DNA of 64,000 nt. Origin: Utricularia gibba. Taxonomy: Eukaryota; Plantae; Magnoliophyta. A program made the translations under genes and the position numbers. Shown here piece by piece: positions 61,462-64,000 of the stretch; the first letter of the stretch is position 1; each line of letters opens with the position of its first letter. Below the pieces are notes generated by a model. The model saw nothing but the letters and a program-made list of their open reading frames with translations. It searched no databases and had not been told where the DNA came from. The DNA is taken from NCBI GenBank assembly GCA_002189035.1, contig CM007989.1, forward strand, positions 2,356,001 through 2,420,000, read 5' to 3'.

Positions 61462-63431
61462 ACATTTATATTTATTGCAATTATGATTAAGGTTTTTTTC
61501 TCACATCTGACTTCGATGACTCTTTGGAGCTTTTTAAAATCTGCGAGATGCATGATCTCTGGTCTGTCTGCAACTAAAATCCATCTTTTAAGCTTTAAAG
61601 TTGAATGGAGCTTTCGGGGTTATAATTTCTTAGAATTTTTGGTTTCTACTATCTTTTTTTTCATTGATCAGTGGCTTTGAAAAACAGGAATGATTTACAG
61701 ACAGAATTACGCTCTGCTTGCAATCGTACTGCTATATCCCGCTCCAAGTAGCCTGCCACGGTATTTTCGTATCCCCAAGATGATGAATTTAGTATAGTTA
61801 ACACCCATCACAGATTTCTGTTATTTTTTTCTCGGGGTCTTGTGAAAGTCCGTTAATTAATTACAGTAGGTGCACTCCCCCAGTAGCATGGCATGGTACC
61901 TCCTCCCCCTCAAGTAATCCTCGCAACCTACGCAGCAGGTAAGAGAATTGGGGCTTTCACTGTATTGCCTTTGGTGTTTTTTTCTCTAAACTGACCAAAA
62001 AATGGCATCTTCTTGAGTTTGTGTCGAAGATAACCTATCAATCTGCTTCTGCATTTGCTAGTTGGTTTCCACAACTGATTATGGGTGATCCAGGAATGAC
62101 AGCATAATAACAGCCAGCAGGCCTGCAGCTCAATGCTACGTGGGTTTGGCCATTTGACCCAGCTTTCATCACCGATACCTCCCATGGAAATTCAGCATCC
62201 TGGAGCCGTAAGATTACCAGAATAAAGGGCAATATTACTCCCCGAAGTTTTTTCTCCATATTCATAGCAGTTTAGCATGCAGTATCCAGGTATGATTTAC
62301 GTTGACAAACTGTTTCTGAGTTGTTACTTCCCCTGCGATGTTAACATGTTGATCTAATTTATCCTGTCATCAGATTAGAAGTACTTGAATTGAACTTCAT
62401 GCTTACTCATGATATTATAGGTTCAGTTTGTTGATTGTAAATCATAGATCCATCAAAATATCACATTTTCCATGTATTTTGATGAACTTCGATGAACATA
62501 TCATATGAAAACTGACTTGCAGAACAACTATTAGTAGGTCAAGTACAACAACTACCTGATGCCTATGCAATCACTCCTCACGTGGAAGTCCCAACATTCG
62601 ACATCATAACCTCACTCCTCAGTCTTCAAGTGCAACTGCCTTCCTTGTACTGTTTATCCCGCTTGGCAGCCCTATTTGTCTCAGATTTGAGGCTGAGGGG
62701 CGTTTCTCTATCAGCATCTGCATATCTCTTATAGAACCTGCTCCTTGCAACTCGGAGGAGCTTCTGTCATTAAGGCGTGCCGTGCATTTTGCACCGAACC
62801 AATCATCAGGATCACCTCGGCAACACCAAATGGGATCCTACATCATGTATTCCCGGATGTTACGTTCAGATTTTGAAAATCAATGTACTTGTGTCGTGGG
62901 AGCAGCCATTCCTTCGCTTACCAGACCCTTTATCGACCCAAGTACAGAGGGCACTTATTACCAGTACCTGCGCAGCTAGAAGAAAGGAAAAGGAGATCAC
63001 CCTGAGGAATGTTGACACCTCTGAGGTGTAAGAACAATAGTTCTCAGTTCCATCAATTCACCTTGGGGATGTTCAAAATGTTGCAGAATTGACATGTACT
63101 GTAGATCAGAAGCATGAACTCACACCAGATCTTTTCTCTTTCTGCAATGAAAGCAGGGTCCAGGGATTCCAAATCCAACGCAAAAACACTCAACAGGGGA
63201 TTGGAGTTAAAGAAGTTAAAGTCTGCGTGAATCAGGATTGAGCATTTGGTTTTTTTAATAAACTGTATCCATCTACCATTGCTTACCGATCATCAAATAA
63301 TTTAGTCAAAATATTCAACTGGCAAGAGACTTTTTAAAAATTGATTCTAAATCCAAGACATTCTAAGCCTACAATGCTTCATACTACAGATTGGGAAAAC
63401 AGTATATCTTTTTTTATTATTATAAGCATAC

Positions 63432-64000
63432 TTATGGTAGCTGAATCAAACTGTTTGCAGGAGCTTTTACAAGTCCAATGCCATCCATCAGGAGCCTGAC
63501 TTTCTCTGCATCATCAAACCTTCCAACTGCAGAATAAATATTTCCCAGAAGCACATAGTTTCCTGTATTTGTTGGTTCCAACTTAAACAGCTTCCTGGCT
63601 GCCAATTCGCCAAGCTCGAGGTTTTCATGTACCACACAGGAGCCAAGCAGTGCACCCCAAACAGCAGGGCAAGAATCATAAGGCATGTTCTTGATCACCG
63701 TGTATGCCTCATCGAGCCGATTAGCGCGTCCAAGGAGATCAACGATGCAGGTATAGTGTTCACTTTGTAGACATTTTTTATGATTCTTCTGCATGAAGTT
63801 AAACAAGTCAAATCCCTCGTCCACTAGACCTGCATGCCCACAAGCATGCAGTACGGAAGTAAGGGTTACTTCATTTGGTTTAACTCCGGACTGAACCATC
63901 TCCTTGAAAAGAGACATAGCAACCTCGCCATGGCCATGCTTCCCATAACCAGCGATTATCACACTCCATGATACAATGTCTCTGTACCTCCCTGAGAGTG
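63432..64000 (-). CDS. PLS-class PPR protein with E domain and no DYW (3' part only)
   Basis: IVSWSVIIAGYGKHGHG, KPNEVTLTSVLHACGHAGLVDEG, EHYTCIVDLLGRA, VWGALLGSCVVH and NYVLLGNIYS. The ORF runs off the window end. Confidence 0.95.
   Translation of the reverse strand, partial: LSGRYRDIVSWSVIIAGYGKHGHGEVAMSLFKEMVQSGVKPNEVTLTSVLHACGHAGLVDEGFDLFNFMQKNHKKCLQSEHYTCIVDLLGRANRLDEAYTVIKNMPYDSCPAVWGALLGSCVVHENLELGELAARKLFKLEPTNTGNYVLLGNIYSAVGRFDDAEKVRLLMDGIGLVKAPANSLIQLP

Overview
Gene-dense eudicot (asterid-like) nuclear DNA; no bacterial features, CRISPR array or recognisable intact transposon. It holds about 19 protein-coding genes, in order: VPS2 (partial), HEN1, root-type FNR, AUG2, CPSF30, CCC1, CUL4, a DUF642 protein, CYP710A, a SAC/FIG4-type phosphatase, a GDSL esterase, a group IIc WRKY, a second GDSL, an integrin-linked kinase, OBAP2, a small membrane protein, JMJ28 and a PPR-E gene (partial). 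It also holds a U4 snRNA with its USE/TATA promoter, which the ORF track cannot show. Two decayed, unprocessed pseudogenes are also hidden from the ORF track: WAP, and a 5'-truncated RWA next to the WRKY. Five otherwise intact reading frames each lack one base at a short homopolymer, which looks like long-read assembly error. Best leads: the two pseudogenes; an ILK with HGD/DFD in place of HRD/DFG and a duplicated uORF-bearing leader; a TATA-preceded ~260-nt hairpin resembling miR159/319; a GDSL gene missing its three 3' introns; and a triplicated USE-like unit upstream of U4. I found no convincing wholly new system. Family assignments and Arabidopsis locus numbers are recalled from memory, not from a database search.
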